DNA from: Porcipelethomonas sp.
Lineage (GTDB): Bacteria; Bacillota; Clostridia; Oscillospirales; Ruminococcaceae
Length of the DNA stretch: 64,000 bases
Direction of reading: 5' to 3'
NCBI RefSeq assembly: GCF_051893655.1
Contig: NZ_JBJFHN010000130.1
Location: 6,762 to 70,761 of the forward strand
The notes under the pieces are model-generated. The model did no database searches and was not told the DNA's origin. It saw nothing but the letters and a program-made list of their open reading frames with translations. Made by a program: the position numbers and the translations under genes. Positions 56,490 to 64,000 of the stretch are shown piece after piece (position 1 is the stretch's first letter; each line of letters opens with the position of its first letter).

Positions 56490-58004
56490 ATGAAAAAAAC
56501 CAGACGCTTTTTAAGTATTATGCTTATTGCAGTTATGACATTTTGCTTAAGTGCATTTTCCGCTTCTGCCGATGATTTTACTATTACTGTTACAAATGAA
56601 AATACGGCAGTGTCAATTGATGGTATAGAGTACAAAGCATATAAAGTGTTCAATGTTACTTTTGACCTTAGTGCTGATGCGTACACTTATAGTACTGATA
56701 ATACCTGTCTTAGCACAAATTATGGTTCATACAATATCAATAATATTAGTGAATCCAATGCACAGGAATTCGGTAATTATGTGTACACAACATTTATAAA
56801 GGATCAGACAGTTGCAGATACAGTAAATCAGGGCAGTGCAACAGCTTCCGGACAGTCTGCTGTTATTACAGTTCCGTCTGCGGGATACTATGTAGTTTTC
56901 GGTACTGCTAAGAATTTAAGCGGCAATGCCGGAGATGATGTTGTTACATCACTTGTAATGCTTGATACAGCTTCTCCAGATGCAAACGTTAAAACTAAGC
57001 TTGATGCACCGTCACTTACTAAAAAGATTCAGCATAATGATGATGATTCATGGGGTGTTGTAGGCGATAACCAGATTGGTGATGTTGTTAATTTCCGCCT
57101 CGAATCAAAGGTTCCGGACCTTAATGGTTACAGTGACTATACTTATGTTATCCATGATACTATGACCAGCGGTCTTGGATTCAATCAGGGTTCAGTATCT
57201 GTAAAGGTTAATGACACTGATGTACTTGCTTCATCATATTATACAGTTAATGCTGTGGCAGGAGGACAGGCACTTACTGTTGATTTTGACATCAATAAGG
57301 CTGTTACAGATGGTGTGATCGCAAAGAATGATGTTCTTTATACATATTATTCTGCAACACTTAATACCAGTGCCTTAGTATCTGGCGGTGCAGTTGACAC
57401 AACAAATCACAATGACAATACAGCTTATCTTGAATATTCCAATAATCCTTATGATACATCATCAAATGGAAGAACACCTGATTCAAAAGTTTATGACTGG
57501 ACTTATCAGTTTACAATCAATAAGGTTGATAAAAATGGAAATCCATTAAAGGGTGCAGGCTTCACAGTTAAGGATAATGACACAGTTATAAAATTTACTA
57601 AAAAAGACGGAACAAATTATGTCGTTGACCCGAACGGAAGTGTAACAGAAATAGTAACTGATGCAACCGGTTCATTTACAATTCTTGGTCTGGACGATAA
57701 TACAAAGTATACACTGGAAGAAACAACTGTTCCAAGCGGATACAGCAAATGTGAAGATGTTGATGTGACATTTGCTTCAACTTATAATACAGACGGCAAT
57801 GAACTTTCAACTCTTACAGCTACTGTAAATAATGCCAAGGAGCATTCGGGTCTTACTGCTAAAATCGAAAACCTTTCAGGCTCAAAGCTTGTAGGTACTG
57901 GCGGTATAGGTACGACAGTTTTCTATGTAGTCGGTGGAGTTATAATGGTCGGTGCAGCTGTTATCCTTATTACCAGAAAACGTATGAAGAACAAGGGAAT
58001 GTAA
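56490..58004 (+). CDS. Major (backbone) pilin with isopeptide D2 and SpaA domains
   Basis: Signal peptide, GYYVV, PSLTKKI, IGDVVNF..., YVIHDTMTSGL, NTAYLEYSNNP, E-box YTLEETTVPSGY, LVGTGG plus TM plus RKRMK. Confidence 0.9.
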   Translation: MKKTRRFLSIMLIAVMTFCLSAFSASADDFTITVTNENTAVSIDGIEYKAYKVFNVTFDLSADAYTYSTDNTCLSTNYGSYNINNISESNAQEFGNYVYTTFIKDQTVADTVNQGSATASGQSAVITVPSAGYYVVFGTAKNLSGNAGDDVVTSLVMLDTASPDANVKTKLDAPSLTKKIQHNDDDSWGVVGDNQIGDVVNFRLESKVPDLNGYSDYTYVIHDTMTSGLGFNQGSVSVKVNDTDVLASSYYTVNAVAGGQALTVDFDINKAVTDGVIAKNDVLYTYYSATLNTSALVSGGAVDTTNHNDNTAYLEYSNNPYDTSSNGRTPDSKVYDWTYQFTINKVDKNGNPLKGAGFTVKDNDTVIKFTKKDGTNYVVDPNGSVTEIVTDATGSFTILGLDDNTKYTLEETTVPSGYSKCEDVDVTFASTYNTDGNELSTLTATVNNAKEHSGLTAKIENLSGSKLVGTGGIGTTVFYVVGGVIMVGAAVILITRKRMKNKGM

Positions 58005-58044
58005 TTTTATTTGTAAGTTAAAAAATCAGTCCATAAATATCGTT

Positions 58045-58070
58045 TGTCCGCAGAGACTTCTCTGCGGACA
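58045..58070 (+). promoter_or_regulatory. Intra-operon GC-rich stem-loop without U-tract
   Basis: TGTCCGCAGAG-ACTT-CTCTGCGGACA, a perfect 11-bp stem between the pilin and sortase genes. Confidence 0.65.
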
Positions 58071-58087
58071 GCGTTAGGGAGCGTCTC

Positions 58088-58954
58088 ATGAAAGCTAAGA
58101 GAAAAAATTCTATATCTACAATAATTTTAATACTGTTTTTTTTCGTGGGACTCTCCGTAATGCTGTATCCTTCAGTAAGCGACTACTGGAATTCAAGAGC
58201 CCAGAACCATGCGATTGAAAATTATGATCAGATTTTGAATAACATGGAAGGCGCTGATTACCGCAGAATGCTGACAGCTTCCAAAAACTATAATAAAAAG
58301 CTGAAAGCTCTGCCATCTCCGCTTGAAAACTATGATGAAATAGAGGGCTATGAGAATACACTGGATGTAACAGGCACAGGTATTATGGGATATATAACAA
58401 TACCCAAAATAAATGTTGAGCTTCCTATATATCATGGAACGAGTGATGAAGTACTTAACGTGGCTGTGGGGCATATTCAGGGGTCAACTCTTCCTATAGG
58501 AGGATCAGGTACTCACTGTGTTATATCTGCCCACAGAGGACTCCCGTCGGCAAAGCTTTTCAGTGACCTTGATCAGCTGGATATAGGAGATACTTTTACT
58601 ATTACCGTTCTTGATGAAGTTTTAACATATTCTGTGGATAAAATATCTGTTGTAAAACCTGATGAAACTGATAATCTTAAAATTTCTGACGGAAGGGATT
58701 ATGTGACTCTTGTTACATGTACGCCATACGGCGTTAATACGCACCGCCTGCTTGTAAGAGGCACAAGAATTGAAACAGCATCACAAGCTTCAGTCAGAGT
58801 ATCGGCTGATGCAGTTCAGGTTGAACCGATTCTGGTGGCTCCAGCTATTGCGGCACCGTTTCTTTTAATATTATTTGTAATTTTAATGGCAGGCGGATTC
58901 CGGAAAAAAAGAAACCCAAAGGATGGTGACAGCTTTGAAAAAGAAGATTTCTAA
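58088..58954 (+). CDS. srtC: Class C (pilin-polymerising) sortase
   Basis: N- and C-terminal TMs; LPIYHGT, ISAHRGLP, VTLVTCTPYGVNTHRLLVRG. Confidence 0.93.
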   Translation: MKAKRKNSISTIILILFFFVGLSVMLYPSVSDYWNSRAQNHAIENYDQILNNMEGADYRRMLTASKNYNKKLKALPSPLENYDEIEGYENTLDVTGTGIMGYITIPKINVELPIYHGTSDEVLNVAVGHIQGSTLPIGGSGTHCVISAHRGLPSAKLFSDLDQLDIGDTFTITVLDEVLTYSVDKISVVKPDETDNLKISDGRDYVTLVTCTPYGVNTHRLLVRGTRIETASQASVRVSADAVQVEPILVAPAIAAPFLLILFVILMAGGFRKKRNPKDGDSFEKEDF

Positions 58955-59957
58955 GTATTTAATTATTTGTCTGACCTTGATTATTTTCAGCTGTTTTCCG
59001 GTTTCGGCTGAGGGTGATAAAGCAGATACACTTACAATAACGTGTCAGAAGGAAGACGTAGTATTAAGTGATATGACATGGAGTATTTACAGAGTGGCGG
59101 ATATTTCATCCGGAAAAAAATATACTTTTACTGAAACCTTCAGTAAATATCCGGTGTCTATTAATAACCTGTCCACATCTCAGCTTCAGGCAGCAGCAGT
59201 AACTCTTGAAACATATGTACAGGCAGATAAAATAACACCCCTAAAAACTGGTAAGACAAACGAGGATGGAAAAATTGTGTTCAGCGGACTTGATTTCGGA
59301 CTTTATCTTATTACCGGCGAATCAGTGGTAGTGGATGATATGTATTACATGCCGTCTCCGTCTCTGGTTGAACTTTCTGATGATGACAGTACCGGAATTG
59401 ACTGGAGATATGATGTTAATACTGTTCCCAAACTTAAGGTTATGCCGGCATCAATGAGAATTTACAATTTTGACTGTACTGTAAAAAAAATCTGGACTAA
59501 TGATGATGTGAACAGCCGTCCGGAATCTGTTAAAGCTGTACTGCTTAAAAATGGTGTGGAATATGACAGTGCAGTATTAAATGAAAGCAATAATTGGGAG
59601 AATGTCTGGGAGAATCTTTCGTCTGAATATAAATGGTCAGTTGTTGAAGAAAATGTACCGGCAAATTATAATGTAACATATACAGAAAATGAAATTATGG
59701 TAAATAACAATATAGACAGTGATAAGGAATTTGTGATTAATAATACTTATGCTCCTGTTCCTGTTCCTGTTCCTGTTTCTGTTTCTGCTGCACTTACTGA
59801 GCCGGTTTCTGTAACATCAGCTGAAACAAATACTCAAAAGCTTCCGCAAACAGGACAATTATGGTGGCCTGTTCCGGTAATGTCAGCAGCGGGACTTATC
59901 ATGCTTTCTGCCGGATGGAAAATAAATTCTGACAAGAGGCATAAAAATGAAAAGTAA
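58923..59957 (+). CDS. Cna-B domain LPxTG-anchored minor/basal pilin
   Basis: Signal peptide; TNEDGKIVFSGL..GLYLI; Cna-B VKKIW...RPESV...LNESNNWENVW; LPQTGQLWWPVP anchor. Confidence 0.82.
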   Translation: MVTALKKKISKYLIICLTLIIFSCFPVSAEGDKADTLTITCQKEDVVLSDMTWSIYRVADISSGKKYTFTETFSKYPVSINNLSTSQLQAAAVTLETYVQADKITPLKTGKTNEDGKIVFSGLDFGLYLITGESVVVDDMYYMPSPSLVELSDDDSTGIDWRYDVNTVPKLKVMPASMRIYNFDCTVKKIWTNDDVNSRPESVKAVLLKNGVEYDSAVLNESNNWENVWENLSSEYKWSVVEENVPANYNVTYTENEIMVNNNIDSDKEFVINNTYAPVPVPVPVSVSAALTEPVSVTSAETNTQKLPQTGQLWWPVPVMSAAGLIMLSAGWKINSDKRHKNEK

Positions 59958-60552
59958 AATCGGAGTAATATTTATTATAACTGGGGCAGTGCTTATTGCA
60001 TCGGCATTGTCCCTTGTTTTCTATAACATACATACTGACAAAAGTGCTGAGGATTATTCTTTAAAAATTCTTGAAGAGCTTGAACACCAGATTCCTGAAC
60101 TTGAAAATCCTTTTGATGAAATAAATTCAGTTGACAATCAGCTTGTTCCTGATAAAGATATGAAGCTTCTGACAGCGGACGGACATAATTATATAGGGAT
60201 TTTACATATACCGTCTCTGGATATCAAGCTTCCGGTAATGAATAAATGGGATTATGATAATCTGAAACTTGCACCATGCAGGTACAGCGGAAATATTAAT
60301 GAAAATTCGATGATAATTGCCGGACACAATTATTCCAGTCATTTTGGAAAACTCAAACAGCTTAAGGAAAATGATGATATATACTTTATAGATGCAAACG
60401 GAAACGTTTATGCATATAAGGTATCTGAAATTGAAATTCTTAGCGGAAATGATACTGGTAAAATGAATTCTGGTGACTGGTCTCTGACGCTTTTTACATG
60501 TACATTAAGCGGAACAGAGCGTGTAACTGTTAGATGTGACCTGTCAAAATAA
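59947..60552 (+). CDS. Second sortase
   Basis: N-terminal TM; IGILHIPSL..KLPV, IIAGHNY..HFGKL, LTLFTCT...R.TVRC (His/Cys/Arg triad). Confidence 0.88.
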   Translation: MKSKIGVIFIITGAVLIASALSLVFYNIHTDKSAEDYSLKILEELEHQIPELENPFDEINSVDNQLVPDKDMKLLTADGHNYIGILHIPSLDIKLPVMNKWDYDNLKLAPCRYSGNINENSMIIAGHNYSSHFGKLKQLKENDDIYFIDANGNVYAYKVSEIEILSGNDTGKMNSGDWSLTLFTCTLSGTERVTVRCDLSK

Positions 60553-60677
60553 AATATTTATTGATATGCTTATTATTCATCTTCTCTTTTATACAAAAAA
60601 ATTATCCGAATGTAAATTTATTTTTATATTTGTCAAAAAAATACACTATAATGAAAGCGATTTTGTGATTTATGTCA

Positions 60678-60706
60678 TTGACAGTTCAGAAAATATATGG
60701 TAAAAT
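60678..60706 (+). promoter_or_regulatory. SigA promoter of the LRR-dockerin gene
   Basis: TTGACA, 17 bp spacer, TGn-TAAAAT. Confidence 0.7.
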
Positions 60707-60739
60707 TCCAATATAGTGATTGAAAGGATGGTAATTTGC

Positions 60740-62185
60740 ATGAAAATTACAAAGAAGATTTTAGGTATTGCTATGTCTGCACTTTGCTCTGTAAGTGTGA
60801 TTGCAGGCGGCAGTTCATTCTCTGTTGCTGAAGCAGTAAAATACAGCAGTGAATATACTGATGGCAATTTGAAGTATGTTAAAGTCGATTTTGATGAAGA
60901 TGGTACTTATGATTATGTTCAGATAACAGGATGTGTTGACGGGGCTGAAACTGTAAATATTCCGCCGACTGAAGAAAGCCTGCCTGTAAAGGATATTGCT
61001 GCTTTTGCATTTGGAGGTGCTGACAGTTTATATGATATAACTGTAAGCTCAAGCAATAGTTATTTCAGTGCTGACGGAGGCGTTTTATTCAATAAGGATA
61101 AGACAACAATTTATTGTTACCCAATGGGTAAAAAGGGTACTTCCTACAGCATTCCAAGCGGTGTAGCAACTGTTGGAATAGGAACTTTTTATAACTGTGC
61201 AAATCTTACAGAAATTAAAATACCAAACAGCGTAACAGCTATAGATGGATATGCATTTTATAATTGTGCAGGTCTTACAAGTATATCATTAGGTAATGTT
61301 CAGAGCGTCGGAAACAACGCATTTTCTGGCACAGGAATTATGAATAATCAGATTATAAATAAGACCGGTCCATTATATTATGCAGATACATGGGTAATTG
61401 CATGTGACTCTGATATCACATCCGTTATGGATGAATCTACTCCTATTAAGGCTGGTACAAAAGGAATTGCAGATTATGCATTTTATGACAGCAATAAGCT
61501 TGCAAAGGTAGTTATACCAGAAAGCGTGCTTTATATTGGCGCAAGTTCATTTGCAAACTGCAGTGAGCTGTCAAGCTTGTCAATTCCAAGCAAGGTTACA
61601 AGTATAGGAAACAATGCTTTTGAATCTTGTGTACAGCTGACAGAATTAATTATACCAGACAGCGTAAAGACAATTGGAATTGGTGCTTTTAATAAATGCT
61701 CAAAGCTTACAACTATTCAGCTTCCGGCTAATATTAAAACTATTGAAAATAGCGTGTTTAAGAATTGTACAAGTCTGGTAAGCGTTGACATTCCAAGCAG
61801 TGTCACAAGTATCGGGGCAGAAGCATTCTATGGCTGTTTAGGATTAACGAATATAACTATCAAAAATGCAAAGTGTGAAATTTATGATCATCCAAATACT
61901 ATAAGTGATACTGCAACTATTTATGGTTACGCAGGTTCTACTGCAGAAACTTATGCTACAAATTTCAAGAGAACTTTTTCTGAACTGGCTGGTCAGAGCG
62001 GTCTTCGCGGTGACGCTAATGAAGACGGAGTTGTCAATGTAAGAGATGCAGCGTTTATTGCAAGAAAGCTTGCAGAACAAAAGATAAGTGAACTTCCTGA
62101 TTTTGCTGACTATAACAATGATGGAACAGTAAATGTTCGTGACGCAGCAGCAATTGCAAGAGATCTTGCAAATGGAGTATTATAA
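60740..62185 (+). CDS. Secreted BspA-type LRR protein with C-terminal type I dockerin
   Basis: Signal peptide; repeats IPNSVTAIDGYAFYNC; duplicated Ca-binding loops GDANEDGVVNVRDAAFIAR and ADYNNDGTVNVRDAAAIAR. Confidence 0.88.
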   Translation: MKITKKILGIAMSALCSVSVIAGGSSFSVAEAVKYSSEYTDGNLKYVKVDFDEDGTYDYVQITGCVDGAETVNIPPTEESLPVKDIAAFAFGGADSLYDITVSSSNSYFSADGGVLFNKDKTTIYCYPMGKKGTSYSIPSGVATVGIGTFYNCANLTEIKIPNSVTAIDGYAFYNCAGLTSISLGNVQSVGNNAFSGTGIMNNQIINKTGPLYYADTWVIACDSDITSVMDESTPIKAGTKGIADYAFYDSNKLAKVVIPESVLYIGASSFANCSELSSLSIPSKVTSIGNNAFESCVQLTELIIPDSVKTIGIGAFNKCSKLTTIQLPANIKTIENSVFKNCTSLVSVDIPSSVTSIGAEAFYGCLGLTNITIKNAKCEIYDHPNTISDTATIYGYAGSTAETYATNFKRTFSELAGQSGLRGDANEDGVVNVRDAAFIARKLAEQKISELPDFADYNNDGTVNVRDAAAIARDLANGVL

Positions 62186-62209
62186 GTTTGATAAAATAAC
62201 AGATATTTT

Positions 62210-62241
62210 CCCGGAGGTTTTGCCTCCGGGTTTTTTGTTTT
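62210..62241 (+). terminator. Intrinsic terminator
   Basis: CCCGGAGG / CCTCCGGG followed by TTTTTT. Confidence 0.85.
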
Positions 62242-62335
62242 ATCAAAAATTCTTTAAAATGTGATTTATCTATTGAAAGTAGGTTATATTTTGTGCTATA
62301 ATAAAATATAAATATGTTTTTGAGGAAGTGTTTTT

Positions 62336-62815
62336 TTGCGGATACTTGGCATTGATCCCGGATATGCTATTGTGGGTTTTGGTGTTACTGATTATTCCGG
62401 AATGAATTTTGCACCTGTTGAATACGGAGCGATACTTACCGAGGCTCATACAGATTTTTCTGAACGCCTTAAATGCATTGCTGATGATATGGACTTTATT
62501 TTTGAAAAATTTGAACCGGACTGTATGTCAATAGAAAAATTGTTTTTTACTAATAATCAGAAAACCGCTATTGATGTGGCTCAGGCAAGAGGGGTAATAG
62601 TACTGTCAGCCGTAAGGCACAGTGTTCCGGTATTTGAATATACTCCGCTACAGGTAAAACAGGCAGTTGTAGGCTATGGAAAGGCTGAAAAAAAACAGGT
62701 TATGGATATGACAAGACGTATTTTAAAATTGGAGCAGATACCAAAGCCGGATGATGCTGCTGATGCTCTGGCACTTGCCATATGTCATGGGCACTGCTGC
62801 AAAGGCATAAGATAA
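62336..62815 (+). CDS. ruvC: Holliday junction resolvase RuvC
   Basis: ILGIDPG, IEKLFF, QARGV, YTPLQVK, DDAADALA. Confidence 0.95.
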   Translation: MRILGIDPGYAIVGFGVTDYSGMNFAPVEYGAILTEAHTDFSERLKCIADDMDFIFEKFEPDCMSIEKLFFTNNQKTAIDVAQARGVIVLSAVRHSVPVFEYTPLQVKQAVVGYGKAEKKQVMDMTRRILKLEQIPKPDDAADALALAICHGHCCKGIR

Positions 62816-62841
62816 TATTGAAAATGAGTAAGGTGAAATAA

Positions 62842-63444
62842 ATGATTTACAGTGTCAGAGGAAAACTTATACATAAAGAACCGTTTCTTGCTGTGGTAGA
62901 ATGTGCCGGAGTGGGATATGCATGTCGTACAACATGCGTTACATCGTCGCAGTTGGGAGAAATCGGAACAGAAGCAAGCCTTTATACTTATTTATATGTA
63001 AGAGAAGATAATGTAGAGCTTTTCGGTTTTTATTCAATTCAGGAACTGAACTGCTTTAAAATGCTCATATCCGTTTCCGGAGTAGGTCCCAAGGCGGCAC
63101 TTTCCATTCTTTCGGATGTTGATCCTCAGAGATTTGCCCTTACTGTTGCTTCCGGGGACAGCAAGGTATTTACCAAAACAAAAGGGGTAGGTCCAAAGCT
63201 TGCCCAGAGAATAGTACTGGAGCTTAAAGATAAGATAGCCAAAGAAAATATTTCGGCTGCAGATATCAAAGCCTCCGGAAATGTTTTTGTGCCTTCAGGA
63301 GACAACTGTTCTGAAGCAGTTTCAGCTCTTATGGTTTTAGGATTTTCTCAGGAAGAAGTAGCTTCTGCGGTTTCTAAAATAGATCCTTCTCTGGAAGCCG
63401 GGGAAATTGTAAAGCAGGCATTGAAAATCATTGGCAGAAAATAA
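62842..63444 (+). CDS. ruvA: Holliday junction DNA-binding protein RuvA
   Basis: GVGY, VRED..LFGF, VSGVGPKAAL, GVGPKLAQRIVLELK, ALMVLGF. Confidence 0.95.
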   Translation: MIYSVRGKLIHKEPFLAVVECAGVGYACRTTCVTSSQLGEIGTEASLYTYLYVREDNVELFGFYSIQELNCFKMLISVSGVGPKAALSILSDVDPQRFALTVASGDSKVFTKTKGVGPKLAQRIVLELKDKIAKENISAADIKASGNVFVPSGDNCSEAVSALMVLGFSQEEVASAVSKIDPSLEAGEIVKQALKIIGRK

Positions 63445-63493
63445 TAATATTCCTGTGTGAACAGGTTTTATAACATGGAAAGGTGAAAACAAA

Positions 63494-64000
63494 TTGATAG
63501 AAACAGGAGATATGGAATTTGAAAGCAGAGCTGTTGCCCCTGAATATACAGAAGCGGACGCCGAAACGGAATTTTCCCTCCGCCCTAAAACCCTTTCAGA
63601 ATATATAGGACAGGATAAAGTAAAAGAAAATCTTGCTGTATATATTGAAGCGGCAAAGCGCAGGGGAGATCCTCTGGATCACGTTCTGCTTTATGGTCCG
63701 CCGGGACTGGGAAAAACTACTCTTGCAGGAATTATTGCTCATGAAATGGGGGCAAATTTAAGAATAACCACAGGTCCGGCTATAGAAAAACCGGGGGATC
63801 TGGCAGCACTTCTTACAAATCTTTCAGCAAATGACGTTTTGTTCATTGATGAGATTCACAGGCTTTCCCGTGCTATTGAAGAGATATTGTATCCGGCACT
63901 GGAGGATAATGCACTGGATATTGTAATAGGCAAAGGACCGTCTGCACGCTCAATTCGTGTTGATCTTGAGAAATTTACTCTTGTGGGAGCTACGACACGT
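63494..64000 (+). CDS. ruvB: Holliday junction helicase RuvB (runs off the window end; not in ORF track)
   Basis: Manual translation: [12 protein letters not shown]...[17 protein letters not shown]...LFIDEIHRL...FTLVGATTR. Start is TTG 63494 or ATG 63512. Confidence 0.95.
   Translation, partial: MIETGDMEFESRAVAPEYTEADAETEFSLRPKTLSEYIGQDKVKENLAVYIEAAKRRGDPLDHVLLYGPPGLGKTTLAGIIAHEMGANLRITTGPAIEKPGDLAALLTNLSANDVLFIDEIHRLSRAIEEILYPALEDNALDIVIGKGPSARSIRVDLEKFTLVGATTR

Overview
A 64-kb, AT-rich chromosomal segment of a spore-forming Firmicute, most likely Ruminococcus sensu lato (Oscillospiraceae). That assignment is inferred from spoIIR, a type I dockerin, BspA-type LRR proteins and the gene order. 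Most of it is + strand housekeeping: infC-rpmI-rplT with an L20 leader, dprA-topA-trmFO-plsX-rnc-smc-ftsY, rdgB-yhbY-nadD-yqeK-LCP-rsfS, leuS, rpsU (missed by the ORF track), nfo-aroQ-pepP-efp, a SAM-I riboswitch before metK, two Fe-alcohol dehydrogenases with Rex boxes, feoAB, sbcCD, tRNA-Ser(CGA) and ruvCAB. I saw no transposase, integrase, prophage or CRISPR array. Four items deserve the closest look. (1) An unclassified structured leader with terminator/antiterminator logic before a CPA2 cation:proton antiporter, a candidate orphan cation-sensing riboswitch. (2) A 10-kb two-sortase pilus operon led by an uncharacterised coiled-coil protein and a catalytically intact signal peptidase. Its tip protein has five C-x(n)-HxH-x3-CY repeats and a Trp-rich domain inserted into a Cna-B fold, and its backbone pilin has a non-canonical LVGTG sorting motif. 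(3) A structured rpsU leader with a switchable anti-SD. (4) Tyr/Asp-rich tails ending in GY on two unrelated cell-wall enzymes. All family calls come from motif recognition by eye; no database searches were run.
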